A stretch of DNA of 64,000 bases from an uncultured Verrucomicrobiae bacterium (GTDB lineage: Bacteria; Verrucomicrobiota; Verrucomicrobiia; Chthoniobacterales; UBA10450), in the NCBI GenBank assembly GCA_963815455.1, contig CAWFGO010000002.1:384001-448000 (forward strand), given 5' to 3'. The notes beneath the pieces were generated by a model. It searched no databases. It was not told the DNA's origin and worked only from the letters and a program-made list of their open reading frames with translations. Of this stretch, positions 53,166 to 63,116 are shown in pieces (position 1 is the stretch's first letter; every line of letters starts with the position of its first letter). Made by a program: the position numbers and the translations under genes.

Positions 53166-54314
53166 ATGCGCGTGAAAAAAATCCTGATCCTCACGACCGG
53201 TTTTGGTGAAGGACATAACGCCGCTGCGCGTGGTATTCGGGATGGATTGAGCAGGGTTGCCTCCGACCAAGCCAAAGTCGAAGTGCACGATCTGCTGGCC
53301 ACGACGTATCCGATCCTGTTCAAAGTCATTCTCAAGAGTTACCTCGCAATCGTCAATCGCGTGCCGTGGGTCTGGGGCTATTTTTATCGCTGGCTTCAGA
53401 AAAAGGAAGATTACGCCGGGGAGATTCGGAAATTCGGACGTCTGCGGGCGCAATTCGCCTCCCTGCTCGATCGTTTTCAACCGGATGTCGTCGTTTCGGT
53501 TTTCCCAACGTATCCCTATGTGCTCGACGAGATCCAGGGAGCGAACAAGAAATGCAAAAGTGTCGTCGTAATTACGGACTCGATCACCGTCAACAAAGTC
53601 TGGTACCGCTCAGAGGCCGACTGTTTTCTGGTGCCGAACGAACAAAGCGCCGAAATTTTACGGGCGGACGGAGTCGCGCCGGAAAGGATCAAGACGACTG
53701 GGTTTCCCGTGAGTCCGAAATTTGCCGATCTGCCGCAGGATCCGCCTCCGCCAGGCTCCGGCGTGACAAGTCGACAACCTCCTTCCATGTCCGCTCGGCG
53801 CGTTCTTTATATGATCAACGCCGGCACCCGAAGCGCGCCGGGGTTGGTGGATAAACTGCTTGATCTGGAGATCGATCTGACCGTGACGGTGGGTCGGAAT
53901 CAGAATCTGCGATACGCCATCGAAGCAGTCGCGCGGAATCGCAAGAGCCGCCTCCGCCAAGGCTACGGCGGCCAGGTCGACATTGTCGGCTGGACCGACC
54001 AGCTCCCGCGCATGCTTGGCCAAAGCCATTTGCTGATCGGCAAGGCCGGCGGCGCGACCGTGCAGGAAACGATCGCGGCTCGTTGTCCGATGATTATTAA
54101 TCACATCGTATCGGGCCAGGAGGAAGGGAACGCGTTGTTAATCGAGCAGACAAACTCCGGCGTGATCGCTCTCTCACAAGACGAAGTCGTCTCCCAGGTC
54201 CAACGGGCATTCGCCGATGAGGCGAAGCAATGGCGCGAATGGTCGGCGAACATCAGCAAACTAAGCCGGCCGCGCGCTTCCATCGACATCGCCGAATTCC
54301 TAATGTCGTTGTAG
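53166..54314 (+). CDS. GT28 MGDG synthase/UgtP-like glycosyltransferase
   Basis: GFGEGHNAAA, TGFPV, GKAGGAT and GQEEGN. Confidence 0.88.
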   Translation: MRVKKILILTTGFGEGHNAAARGIRDGLSRVASDQAKVEVHDLLATTYPILFKVILKSYLAIVNRVPWVWGYFYRWLQKKEDYAGEIRKFGRLRAQFASLLDRFQPDVVVSVFPTYPYVLDEIQGANKKCKSVVVITDSITVNKVWYRSEADCFLVPNEQSAEILRADGVAPERIKTTGFPVSPKFADLPQDPPPPGSGVTSRQPPSMSARRVLYMINAGTRSAPGLVDKLLDLEIDLTVTVGRNQNLRYAIEAVARNRKSRLRQGYGGQVDIVGWTDQLPRMLGQSHLLIGKAGGATVQETIAARCPMIINHIVSGQEEGNALLIEQTNSGVIALSQDEVVSQVQRAFADEAKQWREWSANISKLSRPRASIDIAEFLMSL

Positions 54315-54389
54315 TCGAGGGCGGTGACCTCGGCTGTTTCCAAATAGCGGCGCGCTCTATCCGGGCCGCGGTCGGCGCCCGCGGCTACA
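54310..54389. repeat. TGTAG...CTACA REP (family G) supplying the GT28 stop codon
   Basis: tgtagtcgagggcggtgacctcggc...gccgcggtcggcgcccgcggctaca. Confidence 0.7.
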
Positions 54390-54410
54390 GCGGCCCGTTA
54401 CGGGGAACGC

Positions 54411-55116
54411 TCAGGCTCGCTTGTGTGCGAATTGGCGACGGCAAATGACCAAGCCGAGTAGACTGAGCCCCAAAAGGGCAACAGATGAGCCATTGTCCGG
54501 AACCGATGGGACGGCCGTTCCCGACACCGTGAAATTATCAACTCGGCTGGTGCCAGCGGTACCAACGGTTCCTCCACCAGCACTGGTCGTACTCTGGTCT
54601 CTCAAGCGGAAATACACAGCTGAAGTATCGTTCAACGCGGCAATTGAGCTCAGATCAGCTGTGAACGTCGAGCCCGCCATGTAAGTACCCGAACTCCAAG
54701 CAATAAGCGGAATTCCATAATTAGCACCAAATTGCGTAAAAGTACCTCCCATCGGTACTCCAATATAGTCCAAAGCTTCCAGGCCCGGTGCTGCTGCTGG
54801 TTTGGTCCCATGAGAGCATTATATCTTGGAAACCAGTCGTGCTGACCTGAAATTGCCAATAATCGCCAACGCCCCAATTATTCGAACTCCAGGAATTTGC
54901 CGAACCGTTCCCAGCTGGCGTTGTCCAATCCGTCAACCCGCTCGCATGAAGCCCGGTCCCGGTTCCGCTTCCGACGTCGGCCATCGTGGACTGCGTGGTT
55001 GAGTCAGATAGATCGGCGGGCGTATTTGTCTCAAAGGTCCACTGGCCCATGGTGGCAGCAAAGACGTGAGCTGAAAATCCGAAAACGACGGCAATTACAC
55101 AAAGAAGCTTCTTCAT
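54411..55116 (-). CDS. VPDSG-CTERM sorting-signal protein (frameshift near 54750)
   Basis: Signal peptide MKKLLCV..., C-terminal VPDNGSSVALLGLSLLGLVICRR. Confidence 0.8.
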
Positions 55117-55330
55117 TGTATCGTCGATGTTGACAGCATATATTATGCACGACAATGCATGTTTACCCTCAACTTCCTACTATTCAATTGCTTAGGACGG
55201 CATTTAGTCTGACGTCAAGTTTGAAACGCTCCTAATTTCGTAAAGTATTCCGACGATCTTGTGGGGCCGACGATCTCCCACATTTGGCAAATGCCGAACA
55301 GTGACGCTACGCTTCGCACCGGCAAGCCGC

Positions 55331-56509
55331 CTACAGTGCCCAAATCTGATCGCTGGCCAAGAATGTCCGCAATACATCCAGTTCTGGCGAAAGAACGACC
55401 AGGTCTGCATCTGCGCCGATGGCGAAACGGCCCTTACTCTTGAGGCCGACGGCGTCGGCAGGGTTTTCTGTGGCCATCGCGACGGCTTCGTGCAATGGAA
55501 CATCGACATCGCGTACTATTGTTCGAACCAAATCGATCATGCGCGATGCGCTGCCAGCGAGTGCGGAGTGATCGGCCAGTAAACAGACGCCGGATTCGAC
55601 GATGCAATCCGTTTCATAAAGCTTGAACTTCGAGCCATCGGGCAAACCGGCGCCGGGGGTGGCGTCGGTGACGAGTGAGATTCCGGATGCGCCCTTCGCT
55701 CGATACAACATTTTCATCAGCGTCGGCGACACGTGATGGCCGTCGGCGATCAGTTCGCAATTGACGTCCGGTTCGCTCATGGCGAACTCGAGTAATCCAG
55801 CGACGCGATAGATACCGCGGCGGCGCGCACTCGACATGCAGTTGAAGGTGTGGGTGACACTACGCATCCCGTGCGTGAACGCTGCACGCGCTTCTTCGTC
55901 CCAGGCGTCGCTGTGGCCGCCGCTAATGCTCACACCACGCGAATGAAATTTTTCGATGGCATCGAGCGCTCCAGGCAATTCCGGCGCGATGGTGATGCGC
56001 TTGATCACATCGACATGTTCGAGCAATTGACCAACCACTTCCGGAGTAGGGTCGCAGATAAATTCTTCGCGTTGGGCGCCGCGTTTCGTTTTTGAAATGA
56101 ACGGGCCTTCGACGTGAACGCCGGCGATTTGTGGAACCGAGGATCGACCCGCCTTCGCCGAGGCTACAACGGGCAGGCATTCGCGCACCGTAGTCAAAAC
56201 GTCGACGATCTTATCCAGCGGTGCGGTTGCAGTTGTCAGCAGGAGCGATGTCGTGCCGCCGCTGGCGTGATAATCACAAATGGCGCGAAACGCTTCCGGC
56301 GAGGCCTCCATCGTGTCGCGGCCGACTGCTCCGTGCACATGCAGATCGATAAATCCGGGCGCCAGATAATTTCCGCCAAGATCGACAACGTCCTTTCCAC
56401 TCCGATCAGTTTGCGGTCGCAGTTCCGCAATTTTTCCCGCTTCGACAACGAGCTCGAGACCATCGCGGATCCCGTCGGGGAAAATGCAACGCGCGTTTCG
56501 AAGGATCAT
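55331..56509 (-). CDS. nagA: N-acetylglucosamine-6-phosphate deacetylase
   Basis: PGFIDLHVHG, HVEGPF, THTFNCM, DGHH and LAGS. Confidence 0.93.
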   Translation of the reverse strand: MILRNARCIFPDGIRDGLELVVEAGKIAELRPQTDRSGKDVVDLGGNYLAPGFIDLHVHGAVGRDTMEASPEAFRAICDYHASGGTTSLLLTTATAPLDKIVDVLTTVRECLPVVASAKAGRSSVPQIAGVHVEGPFISKTKRGAQREEFICDPTPEVVGQLLEHVDVIKRITIAPELPGALDAIEKFHSRGVSISGGHSDAWDEEARAAFTHGMRSVTHTFNCMSSARRRGIYRVAGLLEFAMSEPDVNCELIADGHHVSPTLMKMLYRAKGASGISLVTDATPGAGLPDGSKFKLYETDCIVESGVCLLADHSALAGSASRMIDLVRTIVRDVDVPLHEAVAMATENPADAVGLKSKGRFAIGADADLVVLSPELDVLRTFLASDQIWAL

Positions 56510-56512
56510 GAG

Positions 56513-56579
56513 TCCAACGCTCAACGCTCAACCCAGCCTTCGCAAGGCTTCCGCCTTCGCAACGCTTCGGCGTGACAAG
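56513..56579. repeat. Heptamer repeat (tcaacgc) plus family D hairpin
   Basis: tccaacgctcaacgctcaac; tccgccttcgcaacgcttcggcgtgacaag. Confidence 0.7.
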
Positions 56580-56679
56580 CCGGCGCGGCAGGCGTCCAAC
56601 TCCGACATTCGTCGCGAGCAGGCGTTCAATGTGAGGGAACTGCATTGCCTTTGGGCGACGCAAAGTCCATCCTCTTATT

Positions 56680-58233
56680 GTGATGGAACTTGATTACGAT
56701 GCCGTGATCATCGGCGGCGCGTTTTCGGGCGCGGCGACGGGATTAATGCTCAAACGGAAACGGCCGGAGACGCGCGTTCTGATCATAGAGAAGACGGCCG
56801 AGTTCGATCGCAAAGTGGGCGAATCGACCACCGAGGTGAGCAGTTGTTATATGACGCGAATCCTCGGCCTGACCCATTATCTGGGTCATCATCAACTGGC
56901 CAAACAGGGGTTGCGGCTGTGGTTTTCGAATCGACCGGATCAACCCTTCGAGGATTGCGTCGAGGTCGGCTCATTTTATCAGAGCCGGTTACCGGGATTT
57001 CAAGTCGATCGGGCCAAGCTGGATTCGCACATGCTCGACCTGGCAGTGCAGGCTGGTTGCGATCTGTGGCGACCGGCCAAGGTCGCAAGCTGCGAGCTGA
57101 ATGGCTCAGCCGGCCAGAGCGTGAGCGCGGTTGTCGATGGCGATGAGCGTAGCGCTCGTTGCCGTTGGGTTGTCGATGCAACTGGCCGCGCAACGATGCT
57201 CGCGCGAAAGCTCGGCCATTTCCGTCCGAACACCGAGCACCCGATCAATGCTGTCTGGGCCCGGTTCACCGGAGTGAAACAGTGGGAAGGTTACGAATCG
57301 CGGGAACGCTTTCCCGATTACGCCAAGAGTTGTTATACGAGCCGCGAATGGGCGACGAATCATTTGATGGGTCGCGGTTGGTGGGTCTGGATCATTCCGT
57401 TGCAAGGCGGCGACGTCAGCGCGGGCATCGTTTACGACAGCCGCATTTTCAAGCTTCCCGAAGGACCGAGCCTGAGCCAACGGTTGCATGCGCACATTCT
57501 CGGGCATCCGGTTGGCCGCGAGATTTTTGGCGCGGCGCGGATCATCGAAGGCGATGTGCACGCTTTGTCGAACTTGACTTACCACAGCGAGAAAGTTTGC
57601 GGCAACGGCTGGGCTGCGGTGGGTGACGCGACCGGTTTCATCGACCCGCTTTACAGTCCGGGCCTCGATTTTTGTTCCTACACATCCTTCTATGTGGCCG
57701 ATCTGCTCGCGAAAAGTCTGGCCGGCCAGGATGTCGCCGAACAACTTGCTTATTATAACGAGCAATATCCGGTGACTTACCGCCGCTGGTTCGAGAGCCT
57801 GTACAAGGACAAATATTATTACATGGGCGACGCCGAGTTGATGTCAGCCGCGCTCCTTCTCGATGTCAGCTCCTACTATCTCGGGCTTGTTAGGGCGGCC
57901 TATCGCGATCCGGAGTGTCAATTTCTCAATCTGCCCTTCACCGGCCGTGGCGGCCGCATCGCAGCGACTTTGATGAGCTTTTACGGACGGCGTCTAGTGA
58001 CGCTGGCCAACCGCCGATGGGCGGCCGGAGTTTATGGCAAACGCAATAACGGCTGGCGCGAGCTCTATGATGGATTTGTTCCCGACACCCGGATCCGAAA
58101 ACAAATCTGGAAAGGGCTCCGGCGTTGGTGGAAATGCGAGCTCGTTAATCTTTGGCTGATGCTCACTCCGAAGGCGCGAGTGACGTCGGGCGAACCATCC
58201 GCGACTGCTCCCGCAGAGACGTGCCAGGTCTAA
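56680..58233 (+). CDS. Flavin-dependent halogenase-family oxidoreductase
   Basis: IGGAFSG, KVGES, VDATGR, WVWIIP and GDATGFIDPLYSPG. Confidence 0.85.
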   Translation: MMELDYDAVIIGGAFSGAATGLMLKRKRPETRVLIIEKTAEFDRKVGESTTEVSSCYMTRILGLTHYLGHHQLAKQGLRLWFSNRPDQPFEDCVEVGSFYQSRLPGFQVDRAKLDSHMLDLAVQAGCDLWRPAKVASCELNGSAGQSVSAVVDGDERSARCRWVVDATGRATMLARKLGHFRPNTEHPINAVWARFTGVKQWEGYESRERFPDYAKSCYTSREWATNHLMGRGWWVWIIPLQGGDVSAGIVYDSRIFKLPEGPSLSQRLHAHILGHPVGREIFGAARIIEGDVHALSNLTYHSEKVCGNGWAAVGDATGFIDPLYSPGLDFCSYTSFYVADLLAKSLAGQDVAEQLAYYNEQYPVTYRRWFESLYKDKYYYMGDAELMSAALLLDVSSYYLGLVRAAYRDPECQFLNLPFTGRGGRIAATLMSFYGRRLVTLANRRWAAGVYGKRNNGWRELYDGFVPDTRIRKQIWKGLRRWWKCELVNLWLMLTPKARVTSGEPSATAPAETCQV

Positions 58234-58247
58234 GGTAGGATCGACAT

Positions 58248-59210
58248 ATGCAGCAGGCGCCAGTGGCAACGGGATTTATCAGCGACCCTCAACCGAGTTC
58301 GCCTCGGTTTGCTGTTCGCGGCGTTTTTTGGCGAAACGCTCTCGATTGGGGCGTTGTGAATATCCCGGCCGCCCTTCATCCTTTCTTCATCGCGTTCTGG
58401 ACCCTCTTTTTTTTCTTCTTCGCCGCGCCGGCGCGCAAAGCGGTCCATCGCCATCTCGCCATCATTTTGCCCGGCTCGTCACGCTTGGTGAATTATCTCC
58501 GCGCTTTTCGCGTCTTCTACAACTTTGCCTGGTCGCTGACCGATGCCGCCGCGTTTCGATTGCTTAAGGCGACGTTCACTTACGAGCTCGTGGGAGAAAC
58601 CTTTCTAAATGAGCTGACTGCGGCCGAACGCGCGATCATCCTCACAGCCCACATGGGTAGCTACGATTTGGGCGCAGCGGTGTTTGCCGACCGATTCAAA
58701 CGCGAAATCAGAATGATCCGGGCGCCGGAGCCCGATGAAATGGCCGCTCATCATGTCGATCTTTCCATCGAACAATCGAGCAGTGGTGGCGTTAGGATCG
58801 ATTACAACACGGTGGGGACATCCCTATCGTTCGATCTTTTGGCCGCGCTGCGGGCCGGCCAGGTTATCTCCATTCAGGGCGATCGTGTCGTGGGCGACGT
58901 TGCCCGCTCCGTCATCAAACTTTTTGGCCGGGACGTGCTTTTGCCCACTGGGCCATTCGTGCTTTCGCTCGTGGCCGACACTTCGATCTACCCGCTATTC
59001 ATCGTTCGCGATGGATTTCGACGATACAAGATCATTGCGTACGCACCGATCCGATGCGGCAAGGATCGTTCGCGCGAAATAGAAATCGCAGCGGCGTTGC
59101 AGGACTGGTCGCAAGTTCTCGAAGAAACGATCAGTGGCCACTGGCAGCAATGGTACGCCTTCACGCCAGTGTTCGATGGCCAATCGGTGGCCGAGCGGGT
59201 TAGAGATTAA
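58248..59210 (+). CDS. LpxL-like lysophospholipid acyltransferase
   Basis: TAHMGSYD (HX4D), QGDR, GPF and QWY. Confidence 0.82.
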   Translation: MQQAPVATGFISDPQPSSPRFAVRGVFWRNALDWGVVNIPAALHPFFIAFWTLFFFFFAAPARKAVHRHLAIILPGSSRLVNYLRAFRVFYNFAWSLTDAAAFRLLKATFTYELVGETFLNELTAAERAIILTAHMGSYDLGAAVFADRFKREIRMIRAPEPDEMAAHHVDLSIEQSSSGGVRIDYNTVGTSLSFDLLAALRAGQVISIQGDRVVGDVARSVIKLFGRDVLLPTGPFVLSLVADTSIYPLFIVRDGFRRYKIIAYAPIRCGKDRSREIEIAAALQDWSQVLEETISGHWQQWYAFTPVFDGQSVAERVRD

Positions 59211-60294
59211 CCAGACTAAGGTACCAATGCACAAACGCGTCTCCGAAGAACATCCAGGTTAGCGCGCCAAACGCAAGGTATGGACCGAACGGAAGTTTCG
59301 CCGACCAGACGCGTTTGCCGACCAACAGCGTCAGTAATCCGACGAGCGATCCCAGAAGCGAGCCGGCAAAAACGCTGAACAAGACCGCGCGCCATCCCAG
59401 AAATGCGCCAATCGCGGCGAGAAATTTCAAGTCGCCGCGGCCCATGGCTTCGCGAGGAATTTGAAGTTCGCTCACCACGCCGGAGATGTGGTCCACATCA
59501 TCGAGCAACATCTCCCGGCCTTCGACGGAGACACGATTGTAGTGGAATTCCAAAGTCGTATTGCCAAATGTGTGATTGTCGATCATGGCTTCATCGCACT
59601 GGAGCAACAGCCGGTCCGTCTCGCGCGCGAAATAGTCGCTCCAAAGGCTCTGTTCGCTGCCAACCGCAAACTCGGCATCTTCACCCTGGCGTTTCCAGGT
59701 AAATTGCGTCGGAGCTTCGAGCCGAATCCTTTTCTTTCCGAAGGCCACCTTCCCAGCCTCCAGAACGAGCAGGAGAATCACATAACCGAGCGCGGCGGCG
59801 AGAACGGATCGAATTAATGCCGCGACGCGGGAATCGGTCTCCATCAATCCCGGAACGGTCAGGCTGGCCACGATTCCCGCAACCGTGCCGCCGATTGTTA
59901 TTTGATCGGGAATGATGAAATGCTCGAGATCGACAAAAGTTCCCACGATGATGAGAGCAACGAACACCCAATAGGCGAGCGCCATGGGCCACGGAAACGT
60001 TTGCCAGATCACCAGAAACAGGAGCGCGGTGAGCAATTCAACGGCAAAATAGCGAAAGGAGATTCTGGCTCCGCAGTTTGCGCAACGGCCGCGGAGGACC
60101 AGCCAACTAACCAGAGGCAGATTTCGATGCCAGAGAATCGGTTGTTTGCAGCTCGGACAAAACGAGCGGCGCGGTTTGTTGATCGAAAGATCGAGTGGCA
60201 GGCGATAAATGCATACATTCAAGAACGACCCGACCACAGCGCCCAGAATGAAGGCGAAAACACCGAATAGAACTTGATAGGAGGATTCGTCCAC
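59200..60294 (-). CDS. pilD: Prepilin peptidase (A24)
   Basis: GSFLNVCIYRLP, CPSC/CANC, D.EH.IIPD, MGRGD.K and PFGPYL. Confidence 0.9.
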   Translation of the reverse strand: MDESSYQVLFGVFAFILGAVVGSFLNVCIYRLPLDLSINKPRRSFCPSCKQPILWHRNLPLVSWLVLRGRCANCGARISFRYFAVELLTALLFLVIWQTFPWPMALAYWVFVALIIVGTFVDLEHFIIPDQITIGGTVAGIVASLTVPGLMETDSRVAALIRSVLAAALGYVILLLVLEAGKVAFGKKRIRLEAPTQFTWKRQGEDAEFAVGSEQSLWSDYFARETDRLLLQCDEAMIDNHTFGNTTLEFHYNRVSVEGREMLLDDVDHISGVVSELQIPREAMGRGDLKFLAAIGAFLGWRAVLFSVFAGSLLGSLVGLLTLLVGKRVWSAKLPFGPYLAFGALTWMFFGDAFVHWYLSLVNL

Positions 60295-60298
60295 GGGA

Positions 60299-61081
60299 TC
60301 AGCCGGCGATGGATTTCGATCTGCGCCGCTCCATCAGCCACGCGATCCAGACGCAACTTTCGTAGAGCAAACACATGGGAAGACCCATTGCGATCAAGGT
60401 CAGCACATCGGGGGTGGGCGTGATGATAGTGGCCGCGACAAAGATGAGCACGATCGCGTAGGGGCGAGTGCGCGCCATGAATCTGTAAGTGAGCAATCCG
60501 AAACGGACCAGGGCCAGAACAACCACGGGCAATTCGAAAGCGAGACCGAAACCGAGGGTGAATCGCGTCACGAACGAATAATACTGCTGCACCGTCCAGG
60601 TCGGCGCCCACCCGAGCGACTCGGTGTCGCGAAAGAAAAAAAGGATCGTCTTCGGCAACAGCCAGAAGTAGCAGACCATCACCCCGAGGAGGAACAGCCC
60701 AAAACTGACAAAAATCGCCGGGAGCAGGAAACGTTTCTCCACCGTGGTGAGCGCGGGCAAAACAAACTCGGCCACAAAATAGAGAAGCAACGGAAAGGAG
60801 ATAACGATTCCGGCATAGAATGCCAGATGAAACGAAATCATGATCGAATCCGTAATACCAAGGGCCTTTAGCGTTCCGATTTGCGAACCGACTTCCTGCA
60901 AAGGCGCCTGCATGATGCGGACGAGACTCGATCGGAAGGCGAAGCAGAATATCATCGCCACAACGAGCGTGATCGAGATCTTCACGATGGTCCATCGCAG
61001 GTCCTCGAGATGCTCCAGAAACGGTTTGGACGTTTCGCTCTCGGCCAGCTCACGAAATTTAAAAATGTTCCGCAGGGCCAT
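60299..61081 (-). CDS. tatC: Twin-arginine translocase subunit TatC
   Basis: PFLEHLEDLR, FELP, ITPTPD and LYE. Confidence 0.94.
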   Translation of the reverse strand: MALRNIFKFRELAESETSKPFLEHLEDLRWTIVKISITLVVAMIFCFAFRSSLVRIMQAPLQEVGSQIGTLKALGITDSIMISFHLAFYAGIVISFPLLLYFVAEFVLPALTTVEKRFLLPAIFVSFGLFLLGVMVCYFWLLPKTILFFFRDTESLGWAPTWTVQQYYSFVTRFTLGFGLAFELPVVVLALVRFGLLTYRFMARTRPYAIVLIFVAATIITPTPDVLTLIAMGLPMCLLYESCVWIAWLMERRRSKSIAG

Positions 61082-61089
61082 GAGATCGA

Positions 61090-61701
61090 TTAGCCGGGCG
61101 CGAGGGAAATGAAACCGTGCGCGGCCAGTCGCGCACAGATTGCCAGCGTATTTGCGTCGCGAATTTCATTCTCGGCAATCATCCGGCGAATCTCGGCGAC
61201 GCTAAACGCTCTGCAATCGACGATCGATTCCGTTTCGTCCTGCCCGTTTCCGTCCGCGCAGCGCTCGACCGGCTTGGCCAAAAAAAGATAACCGTGTTCA
61301 TCGGTAAACCCGGGCGATGAAAAATAAAAGCCGAGCGCAATTAGTTCGCCGTCCGCCGTCAGCTCATAGCCGGCCTCCTCTCGAAGCTCGCGCAAGGCCA
61401 CTTCCTTGGCGGATTCCTCGCCGCGCGGGCCGAAATCAGCGATCCCGGCTACAGCGTTGTCGATCTGGCCCGCAGGCATTTCCCAGATCGCCGCGCGAAT
61501 CGGCACGCGTTCCTGTCGAATCAGCACGATTTTTCCGTCGCCCGTCATTGGCGCAATAATAACGGCCGCTTTCCGGCGCACGATTGTCCACGAGCGCGGC
61601 TTGGAGCGGGCTGGCGATTGGACCTGCTCGGTCGCGACCTCGAGATGCGAATTGGCGAAATGCCGTTCGCTCGAAATTATTTTCCAGCCGGTCTCGTTCA
61701 C
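61090..61701 (-). CDS. NUDIX hydrolase (ADP-ribose pyrophosphatase-like)
   Basis: WEMPAG..D, RELREEAG and SPGFTDE. Confidence 0.88.
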   Translation of the reverse strand: MNETGWKIISSERHFANSHLEVATEQVQSPARSKPRSWTIVRRKAAVIIAPMTGDGKIVLIRQERVPIRAAIWEMPAGQIDNAVAGIADFGPRGEESAKEVALRELREEAGYELTADGELIALGFYFSSPGFTDEHGYLFLAKPVERCADGNGQDETESIVDCRAFSVAEIRRMIAENEIRDANTLAICARLAAHGFISLAPG

Positions 61702-61709
61702 GCCGCAAG

Positions 61710-61771
61710 TGTAGTGGCGGGCGTGTCGCCCGCAAAAATTTTAAATTGCGGCCGACAGGTGTCCGCCTCTA
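61710..61771. repeat. Family E REP, intergenic copy
   Basis: tgtagtggcgggcgtgtcgcccgcaaaaa...gcggccgacaggtgtccgcctcta. Confidence 0.8.
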
Positions 61772-61844
61772 TCCCAATTTGGCTCGATTGCGACAACTTT
61801 GTGCTTGATCACTGATAGGCAACGGGGGCAAAAAGGGAACCGCC

Positions 61845-62475
61845 ATGAAAACTTCCTCCAAACAGCTTGTCATGATCGCGGGGCTATTGATGGTCCTGAC
61901 AATAATTGCAATCGCGGCAGCTAAACACGACAAGACCGGCAAGGTGACGTTTCGAGATTCGATGACTGTGATCATTCATCCCGGCACGAACATTTCAAAG
62001 CCGGATGAGAAAGCGCTCAACGACGTTCTGAAACATTACGATAAGTCGGTTTATAGGATCGAGACATATCAGAAGGGCAAACGCAAGAAAACGAAAGGTC
62101 AACTGATCGACATGTACATCGACAAAGCCACGGCGGCTGAGGTGAGCCGATTCCGAATTGGCTGGTCGTTCGATCAAGACGATTCAGTGCATCGGGCTCA
62201 CCTCACCTTCCTCGGTAAGTATGGGCAAGCCGGAAGCCGCTGCCTCCCCTACTTCGGTAAGCACTTCCGCGAAGAGCGCTGCCCCAGAGGCTGAGGCATC
62301 GCCTACGTCCGTCAGTTCAAATAAACCCAAGCCTTCTTTCTCACCGACTTCGGTTAGCCGGCCCCCGGACGACCCAAGACCTTCATCAGTAAGCAAGCCG
62401 CCAAAAATTTCCGAAGAAGAAGCCAAGGAACTGGTAAAACGCATCAAACCAATCCTGGAAAAATACAGTAAGTAG
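61845..62475 (+). CDS. Secreted protein with five P-[ST]-S-V-S repeats (frameshift near 62145); candidate precursor/substrate
   Basis: Signal peptide in ORF 61845; removing one A from gtgagccgat joins it to the 62158..62475 frame. Confidence 0.7.
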
Positions 62476-62498
62476 GCAGCGCATTTGCAAAACAGAGT

Positions 62499-63116
62499 GT
62501 GTCTTTAAGCCGGCGCAGAATCTATCTGGTCTGCTTTTGCCTGCACTTTTTCCTTCTTTTAACGGTTTCGTTTGACGCGACTCTGTGGGTTCTTTCCAAG
62601 GGATACACCTGGTTCCCGCATTCACTGGATCCGTATTGGGGTAGAGCGCAATCAGTCACTGCCACGGTTTTGGGGCGAACGCTGGAGGCCGGCCATCCGG
62701 CGCGAGAAGCGTTATACACTTATCTACACGCCGCCGGCATCGAGGGAGGGTATGGGTTTTTCGGACCGGCCGTTCCCAACAGTTACAAACTGGTATTCGA
62801 ACTGCATTACCTCGATGGCAGGGTTGAATACGAACTTCCCATTGTCGGCGGAGCCGCCGCTGGAGTGCGATTAGGCAACCTGCTCGATCAAATAGGACGA
62901 ACTCAGTACGACCCGCTGCGGGAAATGATGGTCAAGATGCTGGCCTATTCGGTCTGGCAGGAACATCCGGATGCCGAATCCATTAGAGCAGTATTTGGAT
63001 ACGTCGAATTGCCCAGCGTGGCCGAGGCAAAGGAAGGCAAAAAAGAAGCGTATACGTTCTTGTATGCATACGATTTTGGTTTTCGATCGCCGGCGGAGAA
63101 AGAGGTGCAGCCCTGA
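62499..63116 (+). CDS. SdpA-like single-TM partner protein
   Basis: N-terminal TM helix, GYGFFGP motif (cf. W/YxFFAP in HTTM partner proteins); coupled to the HTTM gene. Confidence 0.6.
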   Translation: MSLSRRRIYLVCFCLHFFLLLTVSFDATLWVLSKGYTWFPHSLDPYWGRAQSVTATVLGRTLEAGHPAREALYTYLHAAGIEGGYGFFGPAVPNSYKLVFELHYLDGRVEYELPIVGGAAAGVRLGNLLDQIGRTQYDPLREMMVKMLAYSVWQEHPDAESIRAVFGYVELPSVAEAKEGKKEAYTFLYAYDFGFRSPAEKEVQP

